In this document: positions 25,601-38,094 of the stretch, piece after piece | Numbering within the stretch: the stretch's first letter is position 1 | How the letters are laid out: each line of letters opens with the position of its first letter | Assembly: GCF_021028975.2 (NCBI RefSeq) | Contig: NC_059433.1 | Coordinates: 86,738,001-86,802,000, forward strand | Direction of reading: 5' to 3' | DNA length: 64,000 nucleotides | Source of the DNA: Sphaerodactylus townsendi | Lineage: Eukaryota | Program-made: the position numbers and the translations under genes | Notes under the pieces: generated by a model | What the model was told of the DNA's origin: nothing | Databases searched by the model: none | What the model saw: the letters and a program-made list of their open reading frames with translations, nothing else

Positions 25601-27031
25601 ATGCGCTCAGCCATTTTTGTATCTCTTTAGGACAGAGAAGGGTTGGATCCAATCAGTTTTTCCACTAGTGAAAAAGGAGGAGTCCCCTTTGACCAATAAA
25701 ATAATGGGAAATCATGGAAGCCCACGTGGACATGTAGGCCGCAAAGCCATACCAAGGAAGAGGACAAATTAAGCAAAAAGTTAGATGGCTACAACCCATA
25801 ATATTTTTCATCACACCAAACATATTGTTTATAGAAAACATCAGATTTTCCATGAACTGTATCATTAGCTTACTTTAATACTGTGCCATAATACTTACAA
25901 AAAGGAAATATTTATTTTCTTACTGTATACAAACTCCATGCTGGTTGTATATGTGTTAAACTCAAGTGTAGTTGTGTTTAAATTAGTAAAGAAGTCACAT
26001 GGCTTGAGACAGTCACACGTTTTAAAAATAAAGGTGAAGAAAAATTATATGATGTGGTCATCTGGATCTTGAAACTATAAACCAAGCAAGTTCCAAAATT
26101 CAGAATTTGACTATGTAATAATAAAGCTGGGTGAGTAATTAAACTGATCACATCTCCCCAAAGACCAAAATGTAGATAAAAGGTAGTAGCTGGCTGGAAC
26201 ATTTTCCAGCTGTTTAGAGCAAAAACTTTTAGAATGTATGCAAGCGTCTTATTTTCCCAGGATTTTCAAAGTCCGCATGCAGGCTGCTGCTCAGCTATTA
26301 TAAATGAGTAATTCAAGTAGGGCACTACTACTTCTTTTACTAACTTGATAAAGTTGTTTCAGTACAAATGAATTAACATCTTGGGTTAAGTCATCCCTTT
26401 CACATGTTGCATTTGTGTTATTTTATAAATAACAGGAAAAACTAAAGAAAAATATGCATCACTCTACTCACGTGGATTTTCAACATAGAGTTCTAAAACT
26501 ATTTCAGATAGTTTCATTTATTAAAAAGAGTTATAATCTATACTCTCCAGAGGCAGCCACTATAACATAAAACAATGAACCTACATAATTAAAACAATTC
26601 TACAAACTAAATAAACTCTAATAGAAGTATTAAAACCAATCATCAGTATTTTGAAAAGCACCTGTAAACACAGTATATAAAATTAGCATAAAGCAGACAT
26701 AAATGTAAATGGAACAAAAGTGGGCAGAGGACAAGGCAAGGAGATAGAATTTAGTTAAAAATCTGGGTGAACATGGGTCAGGAATGTAAAGATGGTAATG
26801 TAGGTGCCAGTTTGAAGAAAGAGGGAATTCCATATGCAGGGCACTATCATGAAGACTTATCTCTGTACAGGGGGGCACCGTCTACAGATGAAAATCTAAC
26901 CTGTTAAGTTGCATAGTCAGTACTAGGGGGAGGATCTTCAGGCATCCTGTTACTAAACCAGGGGTCGGGAACCTTTTCCCCTCAAAGAGCCATTTGGCTC
27001 ACCCCCCCCCCACTCGCTCCCCCGCCCACTT

Positions 27032-30000
27032 AAGAACATAAGAACATAAGAACAAGCCAGCTGGATCAGACCAAAGTCCATCTAGTCCAGCTCTCTGCTA
27101 CTCGCAGTGGCCCACCAGGTGCCTTTGGGAGCTCACATGTAGGATGTGAACTAATGGCCTCATGCGGCTGTTGCTCCCGGACAATTGGTCTGTTAATGCA
27201 CTTGTAATCTCAGATCAAAGAGGGATCAAGATTGGTAGCCATAAATCGACTTCTCCTCCATAAATCTGTCCAAGCCCCTTTTAAAGCTATCCACAGTGGC
27301 CATCACCACCTCCCCTGTGGCAGCATATTCCAAACACCAATCACACGTTGCGTGAAGAAGTGTTTCCTTTTATTAGTCCTAATTCTTCCCCCCAGCATTT
27401 TCAATGAATGCCCCCTGGTTCTAGTATTGTGAGAAAGAGAGAAAACTTTCTCTCTGTCAACATTTTCTACCCCATGCATAATTTTATAGCCTTCAATCAT
27501 ATCCCCCCCGCAGTCAGCCTCCTCTCCAAACTAAAGAGTCCCAAACGCTGCAGCCTTTCCCTCATAGGGAAGGTGCTCCAGTCCCTCAATCATCCTTGTT
27601 GCCCTTCTCTGCACTTTTTTCTATCTCCTCAATATCCTTTTTGAGATGCGGCGACTAGAACTGGACACAGTAATCAAAGTGCGCTCTACCAATTGCTTTT
27701 ATATATACATGACAATCTTTGCAGTTTTATTATCAATTCCTTTCCCACGATCCCCAGCATAGAGTTTTGCTCTTTTTTCACAGCTGCCATGCATTGAGTT
27801 GACATTCTCATGGAACTATCAACTAAGACGCATTTAAATCCCTTTCCTGGTCTGTGACTGATAGCACTGACCCCTGTAGCATGTATGTGAAGTTTTGGAT
27901 TTTTCGCCCCTGTGTGCATCACTTTTACATTTTGCTACATTGAACTGTATTTAAGTATTTCTGAGCCCACTCACCTAATTTATCAAGGTCCGCTTGGAGC
28001 TCTTCGCAATCCTTTGTGGTTCTCACCCACCCTACATAATTTGGTATCATCTGCAAACTTGGCCACAACGCTACCCACCCCTACTTCCAGGTCATTTATG
28101 AATAGGTTAAAGAGCACTGGTCCCAAAACGGATCCTTGGGGGACACCACTCCCGACATCTCTCCATCGTGAGAACTTCCCATTTACACCCACTCTTTGTT
28201 TCCTGTTTCTCAACCAGTTTTTAATCCATAGGAGGACTTCCCCTCTTATTCCTTCATTGCTGAGTTTTCTCTAACAGTCTCTGGTGAGGAACTTTGTCAA
28301 AAGCTCCTTTGGAAATCCAAGTAGACAATGTCCACCGGTTCACCCCTGTCCACATGCCTGTTTACACCCCTCAAAGAACTCTTAGTAAGTTTGTAAGACA
28401 GACCTAATTGCCTCTGCAAAAGCTTCATGCTGACTCTTTCTCAGCAGGTCTTGCTTTTCTACATGTTTTATAATTTTATCTTTAATGATAGATTCTACTA
28501 ATTTACCAGGAATGATGTCAAACTGACTGGCCTTGTAATTTCCCCGGTCCCCCTAGATCCTTTCTTAAAGATTACAGTGACATTGGCCATCTCTCCAGTC
28601 TTCAGGGATGGAGCCTGATTCCAGGGATAAGTTGTATATTAAAGGGAGAAGATCTCAGTACTTTAAGGCTTGAGCTCTTTAAGAACTCTTGCAGTGAATG
28701 CAATCTGGGGCTAGGGATTTGGTAACATTTAGTTTATCAATGGTTGCCAGAACTTCTTTCCTTGTCTACCACTATCTTCGCTAGTTCCCTCGGATTCACT
28801 CCCAAGAAGCTTGGTTCAGGGTGCAGGAATGTTCCTCACTCCCTCTTTGGGTGAAGACATTGCAGATGCAAAGAATTCATTCAGCTTCTCTCCGCAATCT
28901 CCCTGCCATCTTCTTTAGCACACCCTCTTTGTTCCCTTTGTCATCTAACTGGCCTTACCGCTTCCTTTGCTGGCTTCCTGCTTTTTTGATGTACTTGAAG
29001 AACTGTTTGTTGCTGGTCTTGATGTTCGTGAGCCACAAGCGCTCCTCATAATCCTTTTTTGCCTCCCCTTACAGCTAACCTTGTTTCTCTTTTGCCACCA
29101 TTTGTGTTCCCTCTCATATTCTTTCATATCAGCCAAACTGGACTTCCATTTTCTAAAAGACATTTTCTCTTTTTCTGATAATTTCCTCAACCTCTCCTTG
29201 TTAACTCATGGTGGCTTTCTTTTGGACTGGGTGTTGCCTTTTCTAACCCAGGAACACATTCCAGCTGAGCTTTTATTACTGTGTTTTTAAATAACCTCCA
29301 AGCATCCTGGACAGTTTTGACTCTCTCGATTTTCCCTTTCAGCTTCCTGCGCACTATCCCCCTCATCTTTGAGAAATTTCCCTTTCTGAAGGCGAATGTA
29401 ACTATTACTAGTAGTTGCCACTTGTTCGCATGCTGAGATACCTGAATCTCACAGGCCATTGTGGTCGCTGTTCCCTATCGGCTCTCAACAACACTGGACT
29501 TCCTGCACCAGGTCCCGTCCCATATAGAATTAGATCCAGGATCACTCCTCTCCTGGTTGGTTCCTAATAACCATCTGCTCTAAGCTACAGTCATTTAGCA
29601 TATCCAGGAATGCTCTCTCTCTCCTTACTATGACCTGAACATGCATTTTTCCAGTTTATATGGGGATAGTTAAAATCACCCATTACCACTACATTTTTTT
29701 GCTTTTGTTGGCCTCTCTAATTTCTTTTTCCATCTCAGAATCCTCTTGTGCACTTTGGTCAGGGGGACGATAATATATTCCTATTATTAAACTGTCCTTC
29801 ACACCTGGTATTGATATCCATAGTGATTCTGTAGGAGAACCAGCTCCCCTTGCATTGTCTATTTTATGTGATACTATGCTCTCTTTGATGTAAAGGGCAA
29901 CTCCACCCCCAATGCGCCCTGTCCTATCCTTCCTATAGAGCCTGTAGCCTGGTATAACAGCATCCCACTGGTTCTCCTTTATTCCACCATGTCTCTGTAA

Positions 30001-31223
30001 TGCCCACTATATCAAAGTCCTCCTTCAAAACTCTGTGTAATTCTAGTTCCCCCCCATTTTAGGTCGAAGGCTTCTTACTATTAGCATAGAGACACCTGTA
30101 TACCCTGCTCCCTGTCCTTAACCTGGGATTTCTATGTGTTTTACCCTCAAGTCTGTTGTAGACACTATCCCTTGTCACATGCACATTGCTATGTTCTTAG
30201 CTGGTAGGGGGTTGATTTAGAAAAACCTCCCTCTCTGCATCCCCATAGATACTGTATTCCGAACCAAAGTCACCTCAACTCCTGTCGGCTTTCCCCCAGT
30301 GATCAGTTTAAAAGCTGTTCTGCCACCTTTTTAATGTTGAGCGCCAGCAGCCTGGTTCCTCTTTGGTTAAGATGAAGCCCAACCCAGCTTGTACACAGTG
30401 GGCCTCACCTTTGTCCCAAAAAGTCTCCCAGTTCCCACAAATCTGAAACCCTGTGCTTTACAATCTTCACCTCTCTCATCCACACATTGAGACCCTGTAT
30501 CTCTGCTTGCCTTAGCTCTCCCAAGTGCTATGGAACTGGTAGGGCATTTCTGAGAATGCCACCTTTGAGGTCCTGGACTTCAAACCTGTTTCCTAGCAGC
30601 CTAAATTTCTCTAGCTCTCCAGAACCTCCCGGCTACATTCCTGAATGTCGCTGGTGCCAATGTGGGACCACAACTGCTGACTCCACCCCAGCACTGTCTA
30701 AAAGCCTATCTAGACCTGTTGTATGACATCCGCAGAACCTTCGCACCAGGCAGGCAAGTCACCATGCGGTCATCAATGCCTCTCACAAACCCAACTCTCT
30801 ACATTTCTAATGATCGAACCACCCACTACAAGGAGCCCCCCCCCCACTCGAGGGTAATCCTCAGTGCGTAGAGGATAGCTGATCACCAGTTAAGGAAGGG
30901 ATCCCATCTAAGTTGGCATCTTCCCCCACCTCAGACTGGCACCCTCCATCCCCAAGGCCTTCATTCTCCATGACATCTGAAGAGATGTCACCTTGGGAGT
31001 GGGACCCGGCTGTTAGGTCCCTGAAAGCCTCGTCTGTCACCCTCTCTGCCTCTTTCAGCTTCTCCAGGTCTGCCACCTTGGCTTCAAGAGAACGCACACG
31101 TTCCTTGAGTGCCAGGAGCTCATTGCAGCGAGGGCACACCCATGACTTCTGTCCTAGTGGCAGATAGTCATACATGTGACACTCAGTGCAAAACACTGGA
31201 AAGCCCCCATCCCCCTGCCCCAT
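27032..31223 (-). mobile_element. CR1 LINE family A, near full length (ORF1 + ORF2, no 5' UTR)
   Basis: ORF1 MGQGDGGFPVFCTECHMY..WVCPRC-leucine zipper (30861-31223) then SGNH-esterase motifs CLPGAKV, HIGTSD, GLHLN; ORF2 APE and RT pieces (SGVPQGSVLGPVLF, KFADD); (TTCTTATG)n tail; TSD CCCACTT (27025-27031, 31224-31230); many 1-2 nt indels. Confidence 0.95.
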
Positions 31224-31289
31224 CCCACTTGTTCGCTCCCCCCCGCCAGCTCACCCCCCGCGCCTGCAGGGCAGGTGAGGATGGGGCCA

Positions 31290-31700
31290 GCGGCCCTGCA
31301 ACCAGCGGGGTGGGCGGGAGGCAAAGCCCGCGGCGCAGCCTAGCCAGCCATGGGCGACGGATGCGCCCGTCCTGCTGCATGCAGAGCGGGCGAAGATGTG
31401 GCCGGCGGCTTGGCCTGGCCGGCCGCTGGGAGACCACTCGCCCCGCAACCAAAGGGGCGGGCGGGAGGCAAAGCCCGCGGCGCAGCCTAGCCTGCCATGG
31501 GCGACGGATGCGCCCGCCCTGCTGCCTGCAGAGCGGGCAAAGATGTGGCTGGCGGCTCAGCCTGGCCGGCCACCGGGAGAGCGCCCGCCCCGCAACCAGT
31601 GGGGCGGGCAGGAGGCAAAGCCCACGGCATGGCCTAGCCGGCCACAGGTGATGGATGCACCCGCCCTGCTGCCTGCAGGGCGGGCGAGGATGGGGCCAGT
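31290..31700. repeat. GC/CpG-rich tandem array, 147-bp unit, ~2.7 copies, inside the hAT element
   Basis: GCAACC anchor at 31298, 31445, 31592; GGAGGCAAAGCCC and GGATGC motifs recur at the same spacing. Confidence 0.9.
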
Positions 31701-32019
31701 GGCTCGGCTCATGCAGCCGCAGAACAGCGGTGGAAGAGCCGCATGTGGCTCGCGAGCTGCAGGTTCCCGACCCCTGTACTAAACCATTTAGCATCTTAAA
31801 AGGTGAGAGCCAGCACTTTGAATTATGCCTGATAATAGATAGATAGGAAGTACAGATTTTTCAGCACAGAGATGACACGAACTTGTATCCTGCCTTCAAC
31901 AACAACGTGCCTGCCAAATTCTGCACAACCTGGAGTTTTTGGATAATCTTCAAAGGCAGCCCAACATAACACACACTGCAGTAATCTATCAGAATTGCTC
32001 AATGTACAACACGTTACAT

Positions 32020-32320
32020 TGTGTGTGCTAAATGCTATCAAGTCACTTCTGACTTATGGCAACCCTATGAAATAATGACCTCCAAACATCCTATTGTTAA
32101 CTGTCTTAGATCTTGCAAACTGAAGGCCATGACTTCCTTTATTGAGTCAATCCAACTCATGTTGGAACTTCCTCTTTTCCTGTTGCCTTCAACTTTTCCT
32201 AGGGTTATTGTCTTTTCCAGTGAGTCTCATCATTTCATAATGTGACCAAACTACAATAATAATCTTAGCTTTCATGGAGAGTTTAGGCTGGATTTGATCT
32301 ACAGCTCATTTGTCTTTTTG
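32020..32320 (-). mobile_element. RTE-clade LINE 3' fragment
   Basis: Reverse-strand remnants of FGHIM..LEKTI.LGKVEG.RKRG....WID and GGGTTGCCATAAGTCAGAAGTGACTTGA tail with (CA)n. Confidence 0.75.
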
Positions 32321-33149
32321 GCAGTCAAACTATCAGAGCATTATCTAGTATGGGAACCATAAAATACCGATATATTCATTGCCTACTTTATTTCTGGCCT
32401 AAACCAAAATGCTAAATATTAGATCTACAAGCAGCTGTTTAAAAATATACTTCCAATAGGCTAACTTAACAAGTTTTGTAAAGATAACTAGCAAGAAATT
32501 TCTTCTTATTTGTTTTCAAATACATTGACTTCTCCTTGTCTAGCTACCAGCAAATGTTTGGGGTTAGGAGGGTATAAAATTTTCATACTCTCAGCAGTTA
32601 GCCTTGAGCACTTCCTTTCTTTCTCAATGGAAATAATCAGCTATCTATTACAGAACACACTCACAGCTGGAAACTAAATTATAGCACATGCAATGCATGC
32701 ACAGCTGCTTGGATACCAGAAGATGTACAAGTATGTACCAAACCAGCAGCGGTTCCCTAATTTAGTAGCAAATATTAACAAGCAGAAACAGTCTAGGGAA
32801 TTTCTCAGCAGTCTCACCCCCAAATCCTTCCTCAAATGTGTCTCTCTCACACATATTCTTTACTTTACAAATCTGCTTTTAAAAAGAAGTTCAAAACTAG
32901 AAGAATTAAAAGGCTGCACAACCGCACCCCAGTTAGCTGTGGAAACTCCTGCTGTTGGTTTAAGGTTGGAGACAGCTGAAGAAGATCTGTGCAACCACTG
33001 GCTGGGGATCTGAGAGGGGGAGATACAAGGATGGAGGGCTAGTTACCCAGGGGGCTGGGCAGGTCACTGCAAGTATAGCCTCTTTATTGTGGGAAAGGAT
33101 ATGGAAAGGTGGTATTGAGTCCAACACCATCTCTCCATACCTAACTGCA

Positions 33150-34330
33150 ACATAGGGTGGATCTTTAAACATGGGGAGGACTTGGAATAGGGAAAACCGG
33201 GACATCACATTAGGCAGGTGCTCAAGATGAGGTGACGGGATCACCTTGTTTGGAAAGTAAAGAAGAAAAGAATGGTCACACATAGGGTCCTTAAGTCACT
33301 GATTCTGAGAGCAGAGGTAATTGCCTCCAGAAGACCACTATATGCGACCAAAGTTTTACAGGGCATGAAGCCATAGATTCCAAGGGAGCATGGGTGAGCA
33401 GCGCTGAAGCCAACATGAGGCTCCACTGAGGAAGTGAGCATCTAACAGGAGGAAACATGGAGTTAAGACCTTCCAGAATGGGGGATGAAAACCATGAATG
33501 GGAACCCATCCCATCATGCAAAGAAGAGATTGGTGCCAAGTGAACCTTAACAGAAGAGTTAACCAAATCAGAGCTCTTCAAAGAAAAAAAAATCCAGTCA
33601 ATGGGACAAGAGTATGCCTCCAGCTATTTAAATTCCACCCAAGTGGCAAACATAGCTGATTGCTGAATAAGATTTGCAGGTAGAGGGCTTCCTCGATGCA
33701 ACCCATATTGCCAGACGATCATCTGGTCAGATGGACAGGGTGTGATAAGCCATGCCATGAGGGGAAGAGAGGAAACATCATGATGGCAAATCTGCTTGAT
33801 GCTCAGGAGCTCAGGTTTTTGGAGGAAGACGCAACTGCCTCCCCTGGACAAAGTCTACAAAGCAGAGTCTCTTGACTAGAGAGGGAAATCAGTATGACAA
33901 AGGCCTTGTTCAGCATGGCCTCGGCAACTGCCTGGGAGCAATAGCAACAGAGGTGGAAAGAGATACAGCAGTGGCCCTGGCCAACTAATCTCTCCCCCAC
34001 CCCTTCCCAGTGCAGTACAGGGGGCAGTGGCAATCATCACTGAAGTGAACAAACCTACCATCCAGGCAATCAGAATGATGGTGGCCATGAGTCAAACACC
34101 AGCCATGCCACTGCCCACTCATGCTGGGCCTTGCCGGACCATCTCCGCCCATCTACCCAATTGTTGGACAATCTGGCAACAAGTAGCGCTGACAGCAGAA
34201 ATTGTGCAAGATGGCCCATTCCAATCTCACACAAATCCTTGCACAAAGACAGGGTGCCCACAGCAATCACCATGTCTCTCTCCTGAATCAGATTTGCAAG
34301 TGACATCAGAGCATGTCAGGTAGCACTAAG
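33150..34330 (-). mobile_element. DIRS1-like tyrosine-recombinase retrotransposon relic
   Basis: Colinear frame-shifted motifs: RNase H-like (GTLSLCK..NNWVD..EW, 34070-34306), MT-like WPGPLLYLFPP (~33950-33990), YR AITSALRISDLRTL (~33285-33330) and F..KVI...LPNVMSRF (~33190-33260); may extend to ~34900. Confidence 0.75.
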
Positions 34331-34954
34331 CTCAAGCAGGTTAATGTGCAAGGATGTTTCATATAAAGACTAAATCCGGTACTTGCTCTGGTTATACCAA
34401 GATGGCCCAGGACTAAGCCAGTTGCCAGATTGTGGGCATACTGGGGGAACAAACCATACTGACATGGGTTCTCAGAACTGTGTCTCTTTGCCAGAATAGT
34501 ACCGGAGACAGGACGAAGTGCCTCTGAATGTAAAAGGCTGGCTTATTACCTAGGGGCTCGGCTGTCAGCCCAAACTTACCAATCCATTTAGCGCATCATT
34601 AACTGCCTGTGTTAAAGAGATTCCTCCTAACAGAAGATTCTTGACTAACGTTATTTAGTACGTTTTTATCCTGTGTTCAAGACCCCCAGTGGAGGAGGTA
34701 GTAGTTGGGGTGACTTTCTTCCCGAAGCTGGCAGAGGGAGAGCATTGGAAGCACCCTGACAGGATGGGAAGGAAGAGGGTGGACACAACACCACCCCCTT
34801 CACTTCTGAGACCTTGGGGAAATGGAGGCCAAAGACCCTTCTAGCTCGAAGAGAAGAGGAGGCTCCAGCTGTCACACCAAGCTCCTCCCTTTTCACAAAA
34901 GTGCTCAGGGCAGTATATATCATTCTCCCTTCTTCCATTTTGCCTTCACAAACA

Positions 34955-35028
34955 CCCCGTGAGATACATTAGGCTTAATGCCTGGAAAACCTGCAACTAT
35001 CACGCTGTGAAAGCCTTCGACAATACAC
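34955..35028 (+). mobile_element. Penelope-like 3' terminal fragment
   Basis: GCCTGGAAAACC..GCTGTGAAAGCCTTCGACAATACA, same end as the 17949 and 45099 copies. Confidence 0.6.
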
Positions 35029-36195
35029 TTAAAGGCAACGGTTGGCCCAAGGTCACCCAAAAGCCTCCATGATTCAGTGGAAATCTGGACCTGGCTCTCC
35101 CACACCAAGTCATCTTTGATTCCCTGCATTCTCTCAGGGCGACATGTGCAAAGCAAGTAAATGTTAAAGGTTATCTTTCAAGGGATGTTCTATGGGGGGG
35201 GGGGGGTTTGCTGGGGGAGGGGAGAACCTGAATGTTTGGAGTCATTTTTAAAACATGGGTACAATTATATTTCTTTGTTCTTTTTACTGTGCTTTTCAAG
35301 AATGTAAGTTTTAAAATATTTATGCAAGCCCCTCCACGACTTTCGTACAGGGTGGAATGTAAATGTAAAACAAGCAAACAATGCTGTATCTGTCCTTATG
35401 TTCAATACAGTAACTTGGGGACGGTAATATATGGTTCTATTTATTTGTCAAGGCAATACACTTGAAAACCGTGGCTGCAATAGGGTGCCATTTGGGTGCA
35501 ATTAAGTCCCAGAGGCTTAAACAATATTTACACAGGTATAACTGAGCAGGGAATTACAGCTTAAGTGTTCTACAAACACATACATCACGAGTTTGTCAAA
35601 CGCAGCCATATTTGTTATGAATGTTTTGGCATTTGCTTTCATGTTTTCCTTCTTGCTAATGGTCAGCTTCCATCACCATGCGCAGCACTTAAATCACAGG
35701 GATTAAATGCAGTTAGAGACATTGAAGCCAGTTTAAACATTAACAGAAAGTAAACAGCTACAGTCTCTTCTACTCATCTTTGGCGTGAAAGCAGATGGAA
35801 GTTAAAAGTTCTCAGGATCTTTTTTTTTAACTGAGTAGGAGCTGCTCTAGTATTCCAGCCGATACACGCTTAATTAAAAGCAGGTTTTCATATTCAAATC
35901 TGTACCTCAAGAAATACAGACTGCATAATGGTTGTCAGGCATAGAAATGATATCTGCAACACTGATATATACTTGCCTTGTTTCTGGAAGTGTTTTGTGA
36001 CAGTTGTTTGATCAACTATGTTAAACCATAAAACTCAGAAGGTTTGAAGTTTGATCTCTCATGCATCCATTATTTTCTGGTGGCCCTGGCATCTTTCTTG
36101 CAGTTGTATGTTGGATTGCTTACTAACATTTGTTCTGATATTTAACAAAAGCTCTCCCTTAATTAAAGGGAAATTCAACAAACCAATGTACGTGG

Positions 36196-36280
36196 GCTTA
36201 TAGGCATACTGCTCTGAACACTCCTGATGTCGAAAACTAAGAGGGCCAGGTCTGGTTAATTCTTGGATGGAAAACCACTG
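36196..36280 (+). pseudogene. 5S rRNA-derived pseudogene or 5S-SINE head
   Basis: GCTTATAGGCATACTGCTCTGAACACTCCTGAT..GAAAACTAAG.AGGGCCAGGTCTGGTTAATTCTTGGATGGAAAACC aligns to the first ~95 nt of vertebrate 5S rRNA with substitutions and a short deletion; 3' end absent. Confidence 0.75.
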
Positions 36281-37409
36281 TCTAGCTCGAAAAGATGCTT
36301 CTGCTCTCTAATAGATTCATGCCAATGCAGCACTGGCAGAAGGTGCACATCTGTTCTGCAAGGCTTCTAAAAGAGGGCACTGTCATAATTCTCAGTGAAT
36401 AGGAGGCACATTTAGTTGTCCTTCATGTTTAATTCCAACAGTGCAGCTTGTTAGCTGAATATATACTTTTTCTTCTGCATCTTATAGTTCTCCTGCCTTA
36501 AGGAAGGATGAAGGGTAAGGGATGCTTGATTATGAAACAGGTTTACCTGCATCTCTGTTTGACACCTAAAGGAATTTAATGTTTTTGATTCTTGCTCCCA
36601 CACTCCCGGTGCCAGAACAACGATGATCAAAGTGTTTTCCGGACCAAATGATCAATAGGAGAAGGTGAAACAAATTGTTAGCTATTATCAACTTTCCACA
36701 GAAAATAGGCAGGAAGAGACAGGATATAGAATGAAGTCTAGAATTCCTGAAGCTCCCTGAACACTTTGGGTATCTGTAGCAGAGAAGCAGAGCTTCTTCA
36801 GTAATGGAAAATTCATCCTGAGGTTAAGGAATTTGAAATCCACTGGTAAATAATTCTCCCTTTATTAACTAATGTAAGCTGTCCTGGAAAGATTATAATT
36901 ATCTTGGAAAGATTATGAAGTCTTGCTTAAAAACCCTTTTAGAGCAAAGTGGAGAACATGACTATAGTTTTGATCTGCAAGTCGTTCCATTTCCCAACTG
37001 TTGTTATAGTTAAGAATGATTTCTATACATTCAAATGGCTTTGCCACCAGTTGAATCATTGCTTCTTATCTTTTCAAGGGGAGGGTGAAATCGTCCCTTG
37101 AAACAGTACATCTTCTCCCATTTTAATACTTAACTTTCCCTAAAGTTATTCACTGTGTATTGTGACTGAAACAGACATCTAATATAGCCATTGCATTATC
37201 TAACGAACTAATTCTCCGGCTAGAGGAATTCAATTTTTCAAAAGCCCTCTACCTTTGCTTCAATTAGACACAATTTTCTCATGCAAAATTTAGACTTTGT
37301 GCACCCTTCAGAAACAAATTCTTCAATGAGCAATGACATATTTCATTGTCCATTTCCACAGAAATTCCATAAAGATACATACATTCAACTAGTTAGGCTA
37401 GTTAGAATG

Positions 37410-37472
37410 TAGATGTAGGCCAGTTAGAAGTATGCTTGGTAGATGTAGGCTAGTTAGAAGTACGCTTGGTAG
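37410..37472. repeat. Local 30-bp tandem duplication
   Basis: TAGATGTAGGC(C/T)AGTTAGAAGTA(T/C)GCTTGG x2. Confidence 0.85.
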
Positions 37473-37908
37473 GCAATATCCAGAAAATTTGTAAAAATAA
37501 CAAGAATCTTCCGTTTGTAAGCAAATTTTTGTATGCTGTCATACCAGAGGAAGCATTCCTTGCATGTACTTGTACAAATGCTTGTATATACCCACTGACT
37601 TTGTTTTCAGTATGTTTGTGAATGATAACTTTCTAACTATAACAAGACTGTTCTGCTTACATATGCACACTAGTTAGAACTGGATCTATGGCTGCAATCC
37701 TACAGACCTTGTGCCCGAGAGTCAATTCCATTGAATAATGTGGACTTACTTCTGTCAAGACAGGCTTACGCTTCCTCCATATTTCTCTTAATACTAGCTA
37801 CCTACCCAGTCAACTGTGCTCCTCTGGCACAGACACAGCTAAATGAACCTTCTACTTGTGGCAAATATTACTGAACCACCATCACCGCCAAGTATTCTAG
37901 CTCTATTC

Positions 37909-38094
37909 CAGTGGTTTTCAACCTGTGGGTCATGACTCCTTTGGGGGTCGAACAACCCTATCACAGGGGTCGCCTAAGATTTTCTGCATCAGTGTTCTCC
38001 ATCTGTAAAATGGATAGATGTTAGGGTTGGGGGTCACCACAACATGAGGAACTGTATTAAAGGATCACAGCATTAGGAAGGTTGAGAACCACTG
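37909..38094 (+). mobile_element. SPIN MITE, subfamily 2
   Basis: SPIN termini; perfect TSD CTCTATTC (37901-37908, 38095-38102). Confidence 0.93.

Larger units (their letters stand above)
26959..31776. mobile_element. Non-autonomous hAT (~0.62 kb) split by a CR1 insertion
   Basis: Perfect TIR CAGGGGTCGGGAACCT / AGGTTCCCGACCCCTG; perfect TSD TACTAAAC (26951-26958, 31777-31784). Confidence 0.92.

Noticed and set aside
31109-31846. Overlapping 128-203 aa ORFs on both strands
   Set aside because: Artefact of a GC-rich 147-bp (3n) tandem array inside a hAT element; low-complexity peptides with no domain.
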